DNA of 64,000 bases from Bacteroidetes bacterium GWF2_38_335 (GTDB lineage Bacteria; Bacteroidota; Bacteroidia; Bacteroidales; GWF2-38-335), in the NCBI GenBank assembly GCA_001769535.1, contig MEOH01000009.1, positions 9,961 to 73,960 of the forward strand, given 5' to 3'. This document shows positions 36,507 to 43,853 of the stretch, one piece after another. Positions within the stretch are counted from its first letter, which is position 1. Every line of letters begins with the position of its first letter. Both the position numbers and the translations under genes were made by a program. The notes under the pieces were generated by a model. The model saw only the letters and a program-made list of their open reading frames with translations, was not told the DNA's origin and did not search any database.

Positions 36507-38462
36507 ATGACAGATAAAACAATCAACATAGGTATTCTGGCTCATGCTGATGCGGGCAAAACATCGCTTACCGAAAACCTCCTTTTTATCGGAAATGCCA
36601 TAAAACAAAAAGGAAGCGTTGACAAAGGAACCGCCTCCACCGATTTTCTCGATATTGAAAAGGAAAGGGGAATTTCTGTCCGTGCTGCGGTTAATACTTT
36701 TTCATGGGACACTATCACCATCAATCTGGTTGATACCCCCGGTCACGTTGATTTTTCAGCCGAAGTGGAACGCGCCATCAGCATTTCGGACGCCGTTGTT
36801 CTGGTGGTTTCTGCCGTTGAGGGCGTTCAGTCGCACACCGAAACCATCTGGCAAACACTGAAAGAATGTAACATTCCGGTTTTCTTTTTCATCAATAAAA
36901 TTGATCGCACCGGGGCCGATTGTGAACTGGTGCTCGAAGAAATGCGAAAAGAACTTACAAACCGGCTGGTTTTTATGCAGGATGTCACCGGTGAAGGAAC
37001 CGATGCTGCAGATATTGTCCCTCTTTTTGCAGACTCGGCATTTGATACCCGTCTGGTCGAAAACATTATCGAGCCGGACTCAACACTGCTCGATTTGTAT
37101 TTTTCGGGTAAGGAAATAGCAAATCAGGATCTGATTTCCTCATTCTCATCAAGCATTGCTCAGGGAAAACTTTTTCCGGTCTTTGCCGGCTCTGCAAAAA
37201 ATGAAAAAGGTATCCGCGAACTGTTGACCGGACTGGCTTCCTTTCTTGTTCAGGAACAGGACAAATCAGATGAAGATTTATCTGCCCTGGTTTTTCGTAT
37301 GGATCACGATAAAACTCTGGGAAAGCTGGCCGGAATAAGGATTTTTAGTGGCACAATCAAAGCACGCGATCTCATAAAAAACATCACCAAAGAAAAAGAC
37401 CAAAAGGTGGCGCAATTGCGAAAATACCGCGGGGGCAAACTGGAACCGGTTGAGGTTTTGATGGCCGGAGAAATCGGGGCTGTCAGCGGACTGTCAGAAA
37501 CACAAATTGGCGACATACTTGGCTCGGAAAAATACATTCCCGAACATCACAGGATCAAAGACCCGCTGCTCACTGTTCAGGTGAAAGCTGTGGATGGAAA
37601 AGATTATGCCAGACTGGCGGCTGCGCTTACCGAGCTTTCTGCCGAGGATCCGGCGCTGAATTTTGACTGGAATCGCGAAAACGAGGAGATGCACCTGCAA
37701 TTGATGGGCTGGATTCAGATTGAAATTCTGGAATACTTACTGGATAACAGATTCGGCGTGAAAGCCAAATTTGAGGAACCAACCGTTATTTATAAGGAAA
37801 CGCCCAAAAAACAGGGCGAAGGTTATGCCCGTTACTGGATGCCCAAACCCTGCTGGGCTATTGTGAAGTTCCTTATTGAACCGCTGGAGCAGGGCAGCGG
37901 CGTAGTGTACCAATCGAAAGTGAGCGTGGATAAAATCCATCAGAAATACCAGAACGAAGTTGAAAGAACCATTCCGCTTGCCTTGAAACAAGGCATCAAA
38001 GGTTGGGAAGTTACCGATATAAAAATCACGCTCATTGATGGCGAGGACCATGAGATGCACAGCCGTCCGGGCGATTTCATCATCGCCACATACATGGGAA
38101 TCATGAACGGACTGGTGAACACCGGCACCGATTTTCTTGAGCCACACGTTTCATATAAGATTACCGCAAATGAAGAACTGCTGGGAAAAATAGCCGGGGA
38201 CATCAATCAGATGCGCGGTCAGATTGGCAATCCCGAAATAGAAAACGGTAAGTTCCTGCTCAGGGGAACCGTCCCCGTTGCCACCTCGCTTGATTTTCCT
38301 GTACGACTAAGCTCCCGCTCGGGAGGGAAAGCCAAAATCTCCACCCGTTTTCACGGATACATAAAATGCAACCAGGAACATGGTGTGGAAAGATCGTACC
38401 GGGGAATCAGTCCGCTCGACGAATCAAAGTTCATTTTGAAGATGCGGGGGGCGATGCAGTGA
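36507..38462 (+). CDS. Translational GTPase of the Tet(M)/Tet(O)/Tet(Q) ribosomal-protection type (EF-G paralogue)
   Basis: The track ORF begins at an upstream TTG (36372). I place the start at ATG 36507 (MTDKTINIGILAHADAGKTSLTENLLF). G-motifs are G1 AHADAGKT, G3 DTPGH and G4 NKID. At 651 aa it matches the ribosomal-protection length class rather than EF-G. The block AVEGVQSHTETIWQTLKECNIPVFFFINKIDRTGAD parallels that family. Confidence 0.7.
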   Translation: MTDKTINIGILAHADAGKTSLTENLLFIGNAIKQKGSVDKGTASTDFLDIEKERGISVRAAVNTFSWDTITINLVDTPGHVDFSAEVERAISISDAVVLVVSAVEGVQSHTETIWQTLKECNIPVFFFINKIDRTGADCELVLEEMRKELTNRLVFMQDVTGEGTDAADIVPLFADSAFDTRLVENIIEPDSTLLDLYFSGKEIANQDLISSFSSSIAQGKLFPVFAGSAKNEKGIRELLTGLASFLVQEQDKSDEDLSALVFRMDHDKTLGKLAGIRIFSGTIKARDLIKNITKEKDQKVAQLRKYRGGKLEPVEVLMAGEIGAVSGLSETQIGDILGSEKYIPEHHRIKDPLLTVQVKAVDGKDYARLAAALTELSAEDPALNFDWNRENEEMHLQLMGWIQIEILEYLLDNRFGVKAKFEEPTVIYKETPKKQGEGYARYWMPKPCWAIVKFLIEPLEQGSGVVYQSKVSVDKIHQKYQNEVERTIPLALKQGIKGWEVTDIKITLIDGEDHEMHSRPGDFIIATYMGIMNGLVNTGTDFLEPHVSYKITANEELLGKIAGDINQMRGQIGNPEIENGKFLLRGTVPVATSLDFPVRLSSRSGGKAKISTRFHGYIKCNQEHGVERSYRGISPLDESKFILKMRGAMQ

Positions 38463-38494
38463 AATATTAGTCAATAATTAAATTGACAGAACAT

Positions 38495-38546
38495 TTGTAT
38501 TGTCAATGTTTAAATTTACTTCATTGAGGATAACTGACAATTAATT
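38495..38546 (+). repeat. 51-52 bp direct repeat, copy 1 (left boundary of CPBP cassette)
   Basis: The sequence is ttgtattgtcaatgtttaaatttac-ttcattgagga-taactgacaattaatt. Outside an 11-nt central patch it is identical to copy 2 at 40159..40209. It contains the inverted pair ATTGTCA...TGACAAT. Confidence 0.85.
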
Positions 38547-38763
38547 AGGATCTGGTAAAAAACTTCTATATATTTTAAATAGTGTATGTTAAGTGCGTAA
38601 GGCAACAAATTAAATGCAAGGTATTATTATTAATTCTTCATTTATCCAGGCATAAAAATCATTTTCATTTCCGCTGTAACAAAAAGTATCTTTCTAAAAG
38701 AATCCCGGTTGGCGGTTTCTTCACTTAAACCACAATTTCTACAGAGGGTATGGTGCAGAGCAC

Positions 38764-39007
38764 ATAGCCGTCAGGTTTATTTTGCAACAAAATGATTATC
38801 AAGTTATAACAAAGGGATCCCTCACTGCGTTCGGGATGACATCTCGTATTATGTTTTGGGTGGGGAGGTTGAGGAAGGCTTGCCTTCCTCAACCTCCCCA
38901 CCCTTATTCCAAAATGACCATTGTCATCCCGAACCACCCTAAAGTGGTGAGGGATCTCTTTGTAATTACCGATATTTAATTTTTAAAAACTTTAACCTGA
39001 CGGCTAT
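38764..39007. repeat. Family-1 nested palindrome, complete copy A (244 bp)
   Basis: There are three concentric inverted-repeat tiers. The outer tier is atagccgtcaggtt (38764..38777) against aacctgacggctat (38994..39007). The middle tier is acaaagggatccctcac..gttcgggatgaca (38809..38841) against tgtcatcccgaac..gtgagggatctctttgt (38922..38963). The centre is a perfect pair of 22-bp arms, gggtggggaggttgaggaaggc TT gccttcctcaacctccccaccc (38858..38903). Confidence 0.85.
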
Positions 39008-39017
39008 AAAATGATAA

Positions 39018-39163
39018 TGATTTAAGAACAAGGAACATCGATATTCGATTTGAGAAGTTTTATTAAGTTCATAAATCAAAAATCGGTGTTCCTTGTTCCC
39101 TGCTTGCTGCAGGCAAGAATATTCAACTTTTCTAAAATTTTGTATATTAAAGCCATCGTCTCA
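39018..39163 (+). repeat. Family-2 structured repeat, copy 1
   Basis: The order is tgatttaagaaca, a hairpin (aacaaggaaca...tgttccttgtt), ccctgCTTGCtgcagGCAAGaatatt, then ...aagccatcgtctcag. It is collinear with copy 2 at 55372..55482. It is bracketed by the 13-nt direct repeat ttaacctgacggc (38992..39004 and 39217..39229). Confidence 0.75.
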
Positions 39164-39267
39164 GGTAGAGGTAAAAAATCATTAAAACTATCTATAATCA
39201 TGCTAATTACAATTATTAACCTGACGGCAATGTGCAGCGCACCGTTCCATTGTCCGCACAATGTTTT

Positions 39268-40140
39268 TTACCGCGTGTTAGCATTTTGTGCTTTTTTTTC
39301 CGTGATTAATCCTACATTAAAAAAGGATCTTTTTTCTTCATTCTCTAAAATATTCCAAAAAAGTGAAATTATGACTATGAGCATCAAAACAACTATAGGT
39401 AAAGGAAAGTCAATCTCTATTAAATTAAAAGGAACATTTAACAATGAATGAGCTCCTACTAATAAAATCAAATTTTTTGTTTTTATAAAAATTATTGTCA
39501 AGATTACTCCATATATAAATAGTCTTATAAGTTCAAGTATCAAATGTTCAATTTGTCTATTTAGTAATCTATTGGGAATATGCACTACAGACCAAAAAAC
39601 TTGTGAAACCAATATTGCTAAAATAATTGCAAATTTATTATTGACCTTTTGCCCAAATAATAAGTAGAACTGTATAAAAAATAATCCTCTAAATAGCATT
39701 TCTTCTAATGCGGCATTGCCAAATAGTTGTCCAATAAATTCACCTATCGACACATTTATACTATCTGTTATTTTTAATTCATCTTTTGTAATTATTAAAT
39801 AAATTATAGAAAATAAATTAGTAATTATCCATAGTATTAGTGTCCACTTTAATCCCAGTTTTATTCTCTTTCTATCCAATAATAAATCCTTGATTTTTAA
39901 CTTACCAACATAAAAGATAAGTATTGAAAAAATAACAATCCAAATCAAGCCTGAAATCAGTTCTGGCTGAATAAGATAGTAAGTTCCTATAATAAGTGGT
40001 TCAAAAAAATTAATTTTTATTAAATAATTAATTATAATCGAGTAGAAAATAATTAATAAACTTATAAGAAGTAAAATTCTTAAATCAATTTTCTTTATTA
40101 TTTCATTCTTCATAATTTCTTTATTATTCTGTATATCCAT
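39268..40140 (-). CDS. CPBP-family intramembrane glutamic endopeptidase (CAAX protease/Abi-like)
   Basis: 290 aa, polytopic. The three family motifs are present: EEMLFRGLFF (EExxxR), FWSVVHIPN (FxxxH) and AHSLLN (HxxxN). The sequence is extremely AT-rich; one 60-nt sample I counted (39781..39840) has 8 G+C. Confidence 0.8.
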   Translation of the reverse strand: MDIQNNKEIMKNEIIKKIDLRILLLISLLIIFYSIIINYLIKINFFEPLIIGTYYLIQPELISGLIWIVIFSILIFYVGKLKIKDLLLDRKRIKLGLKWTLILWIITNLFSIIYLIITKDELKITDSINVSIGEFIGQLFGNAALEEMLFRGLFFIQFYLLFGQKVNNKFAIILAILVSQVFWSVVHIPNRLLNRQIEHLILELIRLFIYGVILTIIFIKTKNLILLVGAHSLLNVPFNLIEIDFPLPIVVLMLIVIISLFWNILENEEKRSFFNVGLITEKKAQNANTR

Positions 40141-40158
40141 GCATAAATGCTAACTTTT

Positions 40159-40209
40159 TTGTATTGTCAATGTTTAAATTTACCACATCGAGCTAACTGA
40201 CAATTAATT
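40159..40209 (+). repeat. 51-52 bp direct repeat, copy 2 (right boundary of CPBP cassette)
   Basis: The sequence is ttgtattgtcaatgtttaaatttac-cacatcgagc-taactgacaattaatt. It lies between the CPBP start (40140) and the stop of the next gene (40214). Confidence 0.85.
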
Positions 40210-40213
40210 TTCA

Positions 40214-40864
40214 TTATTTCCCAAACTCAAACCCGATCATCACCTGAATATAACTGGTATAAGTAACAGGCGGAACCATGTTTTTACATTCTGCCATATA
40301 GGAAATTTCGAGTTCTGTCCGGCCATAAGTGATGATGCCACCGAAGAATCCCCTCAGATCGGGATATCTGGGTTCTGCAAAATCCATGATCAATTCTGAT
40401 CCAAAAAGGAACCTGATCGTTTCGCCTGCTTTATAATTTAGATTATACTCCAAATTCAGGAAATTTTTTTGTTTATCGCTGAAATAATCAGAATGAAGAT
40501 ATTGGAGTTTTGCGCTGTGTCTGTATCCGCCCATTCGTTTTGACTGGTAGAATGTTCCGATGTAAAACTTCAGTCGGTCGGGATAATCGGGCATCAAATC
40601 GCTGAGTCCTTGTTCGGTGCGATAACGCGAATATCTTACTGCTCCGGTTACGCCAAGGTTTTTAAAAATCTCGTGCTTTCCCGACAATTGCAGTACATCG
40701 GCGTACTTGCTCATTGGACTTCGGGTGTAAAACCTTGACTGGTATTTTATTCCAGCCTCCGTTTTCTTAGAAAACTTATTTGTAATTGAGATGCCTGTTC
40801 TGAATTCCTGGCAAAACCCTGAAACAAAAGAAACGGTCAATATAATGATCAGCAGTTTTTTCAT
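40214..40864 (-). CDS. Predicted small outer-membrane beta-barrel protein (possibly DUF2490-like, unverified)
   Basis: 216 aa with a signal peptide and an alternating beta-strand pattern. Its start overlaps the CotH gene stop (TGATG, 1-nt overlap). Confidence 0.5.
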   Translation of the reverse strand: MKKLLIIILTVSFVSGFCQEFRTGISITNKFSKKTEAGIKYQSRFYTRSPMSKYADVLQLSGKHEIFKNLGVTGAVRYSRYRTEQGLSDLMPDYPDRLKFYIGTFYQSKRMGGYRHSAKLQYLHSDYFSDKQKNFLNLEYNLNYKAGETIRFLFGSELIMDFAEPRYPDLRGFFGGIITYGRTELEISYMAECKNMVPPVTYTSYIQVMIGFEFGK

Positions 40865-43113
40865 CAGACAACAATAATTCTTTCGTGATAAAGCCTGCCG
40901 TACAATTCGACTTCAACAATATAGATTCCGGGTCCCAACCCATGTTCAATTCTCATTGAGCTGTCGTCATCCGGTGTAAATACCCCATAAAAAACCGGCT
41001 CGCCTTTTACCGAATAGATTTTTATCCTGCAATAGTCGTAGATTTTATCGAAAAAACTAACAGTAAAAAAAACCGACGAAGGATTTGGACAAATGATGAA
41101 GGGATTTCCAAAAGAAGCATTTAATTGTTCGGCAATTTCGTGGGCTCTTTGCAGGGCGGCATTTTTCATCTGACTTACATGATATTTCCAGGTGTTAACA
41201 TCAGCCGGGTAATGCCATCTTACAACGTGTTCCGCAACAAGAGGCTCGTATTTTTTTTCGAACTCGTCGATTTTATTTAGCACATTCTGTGTCGAAAATG
41301 TACTGCCCAGTAATTGCAGAAATCTAAGATAAAATTTATTCTTATACGCTGAATTTTTCAGTAATTTTTTAAAAACAAACAATGACCATTCCGGAGAAAT
41401 ATCAACAGAGCGGTCATCATTAATGTATTCGAAAATCTGATTGAAATTTGGCCGCACCATGACGGCATCAAAATCAAAAAGAAACCACCTCCATTTGCTG
41501 TTGTCATTTCTGGGTTTCCACAGCTTACTGTTTGCTGCAGGAAAATCGGTGTTTGAAAAATATATTTGTGTAATAAAAAAGTCAATGGAATTGTCAATAT
41601 CTATTATTTCGTTTATCTGCGAATAGGAAGCACTGTCAGACATATCAAGGGTTTCAAGTATGCTGATCAATTCGTTGTAGGAATCCAGATTGCCGTCATC
41701 AGCAAACAGGTAATCGATCCCTTCATGGGAAATAATATCAATGATTTCATCAGTTATTCCATGATTTGCTTCGATGTAATAGCGGTCGTTTATTTCCCTT
41801 AGATTATGAATTCCCCAGTATTCTCCTTCAAGAAAAACCACGACCGGAGTGGTTGCCATGTAATCAATGTTTAACCCTGATGAAAGTGTATGGCAAATGT
41901 CATCAGTAAAAAGTGTGCGCCCGTGATCACCAAAAACTCCTCTTAATGCCAGTCGTTTATAACGGTCAATACTTTTATCCGGGAAAAAAGCATGATTGAA
42001 ATAATCTGTTCCGTATTTTTCTTTTGCATATATTCTGACTGACTTTTGTGGCCTGCTGCGTGAACCACGTCCCTGAATTTTTGAGGTAACGTTCTGGGAT
42101 ATTATTATTTCACCTGTTGGAGAAAAAACCTCAACATGTGCGTCTTTCTCGTATTTCTTACTTTTTTTAAAACAATTTTCATTATTACCATAAACATACA
42201 TCCCTTCATCATTTCCAAAAAGATCTTTTGGGTTCATGGAAAGCGAAAAAACATAAACCGGATATCTGGACTTCATTTCTTTGTTTACAAAAAATGTACA
42301 GGTAATTGATGGTGAAGCGGGACATCCGCCCGACATCACAACAGCTCTGATAACGGAGGCTTTAAACATATTGCTGGTTGGCTCCTTCCAGTTTAATCCG
42401 GTCTCAATCCCGGAATAACTGAATGGCTCAGGAGAACGATCGTAAATGTAAACCGGACTGTCATACAAATTTGCCCTGTCGTCGGGCTCGTTGCAATCAA
42501 GGGTGTAATAAATGCTGTTTTCGGAATTTGAATTGAAAAGCTGCAAATAAAAAGGATCTTCATAAAATCCACCGATGTGGGATAAAGAAAGTGAATCGGG
42601 ATGAAAATCAATGATTGTGGTATCGGCTCCGGTATTTGATCTGCCCGGGGTTGGAGCGGTAAAAACTCCCCGCGGAAAGGAACCATCTGCAATGCAACCG
42701 AGTGAATGATCTGCCGGAGCACATTCGGCAACCACTGAATCTACAAACGACCAGGTTGATGAGGAAAACAAATAGAGGTTGTCTTCCATCAGACTTAATG
42801 AAAAATTGGTGTGCATTTCACCGTTTTCGACTTTGTCGTCATCCGAAGCGAAAACAATCAGGAAACTGCCCGGTTCAATTAAATATTCAGGAAAACGCCA
42901 TTTTAATGGATTGTCGCTTTTATCCGAAAGGTAAAAGCCATTCATGTTGATGGTGCCCGGACCGGGATTGTAAATTTCTATCCAGTCGGGACTTTTTCCT
43001 TCGATGCTTGTCAATGACAATCGGTTCACATAGCAAACTTCATTGATGACCGGATTTTGGGAAAAGGCCGCCATTGATGCAAAAAGAAGAAAAACTAATA
43101 GACCGGCTTTCAT
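40864..43113 (-). CDS. CotH kinase-family protein with N-terminal lamin-tail (LTD) domain and T9SS C-terminal sorting domain
   Basis: 749 aa with a signal peptide. The LTD block is VINEVCYVN...PDWIEIYNPGPGTINMNGFYLSD. The CotH-type block is KWRWFLFDFDAVM. The CTD is FIICPNPSSVFFTVSF...GIYIVEVELYGRLYHERIIVV. Confidence 0.75.
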   Translation of the reverse strand: MKAGLLVFLLFASMAAFSQNPVINEVCYVNRLSLTSIEGKSPDWIEIYNPGPGTINMNGFYLSDKSDNPLKWRFPEYLIEPGSFLIVFASDDDKVENGEMHTNFSLSLMEDNLYLFSSSTWSFVDSVVAECAPADHSLGCIADGSFPRGVFTAPTPGRSNTGADTTIIDFHPDSLSLSHIGGFYEDPFYLQLFNSNSENSIYYTLDCNEPDDRANLYDSPVYIYDRSPEPFSYSGIETGLNWKEPTSNMFKASVIRAVVMSGGCPASPSITCTFFVNKEMKSRYPVYVFSLSMNPKDLFGNDEGMYVYGNNENCFKKSKKYEKDAHVEVFSPTGEIIISQNVTSKIQGRGSRSRPQKSVRIYAKEKYGTDYFNHAFFPDKSIDRYKRLALRGVFGDHGRTLFTDDICHTLSSGLNIDYMATTPVVVFLEGEYWGIHNLREINDRYYIEANHGITDEIIDIISHEGIDYLFADDGNLDSYNELISILETLDMSDSASYSQINEIIDIDNSIDFFITQIYFSNTDFPAANSKLWKPRNDNSKWRWFLFDFDAVMVRPNFNQIFEYINDDRSVDISPEWSLFVFKKLLKNSAYKNKFYLRFLQLLGSTFSTQNVLNKIDEFEKKYEPLVAEHVVRWHYPADVNTWKYHVSQMKNAALQRAHEIAEQLNASFGNPFIICPNPSSVFFTVSFFDKIYDYCRIKIYSVKGEPVFYGVFTPDDDSSMRIEHGLGPGIYIVEVELYGRLYHERIIVV

Positions 43114-43117
43114 TGTG

Positions 43118-43684
43118 TCAGAAAATTAATTTCAGTTCAAACTTGAAATTGTCGTAATTGACATTTTCATTTACGGTATTGCCCGGAATGTCATAAATAA
43201 TCTGTGTAAGCTGATGCCAATAGGATATTCCCATCATGATGCTGTAGTCACCAATGAAAATTCTGCGACCAATTCCCGATTCAAAAAGAAATCCGCCCCT
43301 GAGGTTGTATCCTTCAATTTTGTTGAGGTCCAGATCATCAGCAAAACTATAGCCCGTGGCAAAACTGTAATACATGCCGTCTTTTTGCTTTTTTGTGAAC
43401 CCTGTGAGTGAAAGTTTAATAGGAAAAAACCGGTCGTTCTTCTGCAGTCCGGCATAGCCGCCGCTCAGACTGATGGCTTCTTTTTCGGTAAGGAACCACA
43501 TGGCCGCCACATTGAAATAACCGCCGGGATTGTACACATAATTGTAGTTGTAAACCATTCCGCCGAATACATACCCCGCCTCAACCATTGGCCTGATCCT
43601 GATTCGGGCTGTGTCCTGACTATGCACGGCAACTGTACCAAACAACAGGACCGTTATTATTAAATATCTGTAAAGTGAATTCAC
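43118..43684 (-). CDS. Predicted small outer-membrane beta-barrel protein
   Basis: 188 aa with a signal peptide and Gly/Tyr-rich beta strands, ending ...FKFELKLIF. Its stop lies 4 nt before the CotH start. Confidence 0.5.
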   Translation of the reverse strand: MNSLYRYLIITVLLFGTVAVHSQDTARIRIRPMVEAGYVFGGMVYNYNYVYNPGGYFNVAAMWFLTEKEAISLSGGYAGLQKNDRFFPIKLSLTGFTKKQKDGMYYSFATGYSFADDLDLNKIEGYNLRGGFLFESGIGRRIFIGDYSIMMGISYWHQLTQIIYDIPGNTVNENVNYDNFKFELKLIF

Positions 43685-43795
43685 CGACTTTTTTGGGTAA
43701 AAATAATAGAAATATTATATAATTAAAAAATGACGTTGTTTTTATGCGAATAAAACATTTATATACACGTAAAATAAATATACTTTTTGTGAAAT

Positions 43796-43815
43796 GTTTT
43801 ACATATATGTAAAAC
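43796..43815. promoter_or_regulatory. Perfect 20-bp palindrome GTTTTACATATATGTAAAAC (candidate operator) upstream of the AAA ATPase gene
   Basis: Read directly from the sequence. Related half-sites ACGTAAAA (43767..43774) and TTTTACGT (43837..43844) lie 22 nt to each side, in mirror orientation. Confidence 0.5.
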
Positions 43816-43820
43816 TTTTG

Positions 43821-43828
43821 TATATTTG
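43821..43828 (+). promoter_or_regulatory. Candidate -7 box (TAnnTTTG) for the AAA ATPase gene
   Basis: TATATTTG lies 25 nt upstream of ATG 43854, immediately after the palindrome. Confidence 0.4.
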
Positions 43829-43853
43829 CGCATAAGTTTTACGTATAAAAATT

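Noticed and set aside
38725-38979. Two overlapping opposite-strand ORFs (70 and 65 aa)
   Set aside because: Both are read-through of nested palindrome copy A. Mirror-image ORFs on both strands are the expected artefact of a long palindrome.
39050-39451. 133-aa plus-strand ORF
   Set aside because: It overlaps repeat family-2 copy 1 and then runs antisense to the motif-bearing CPBP gene.
38495-40209. Interpreting the 51-bp repeats as integron attC sites (cassette array)
   Set aside because: I could not find the R-prime GTTRRRY / R-double-prime RYYYAAC core pair or the characteristic extrahelical-base geometry. No integrase gene is in the window.
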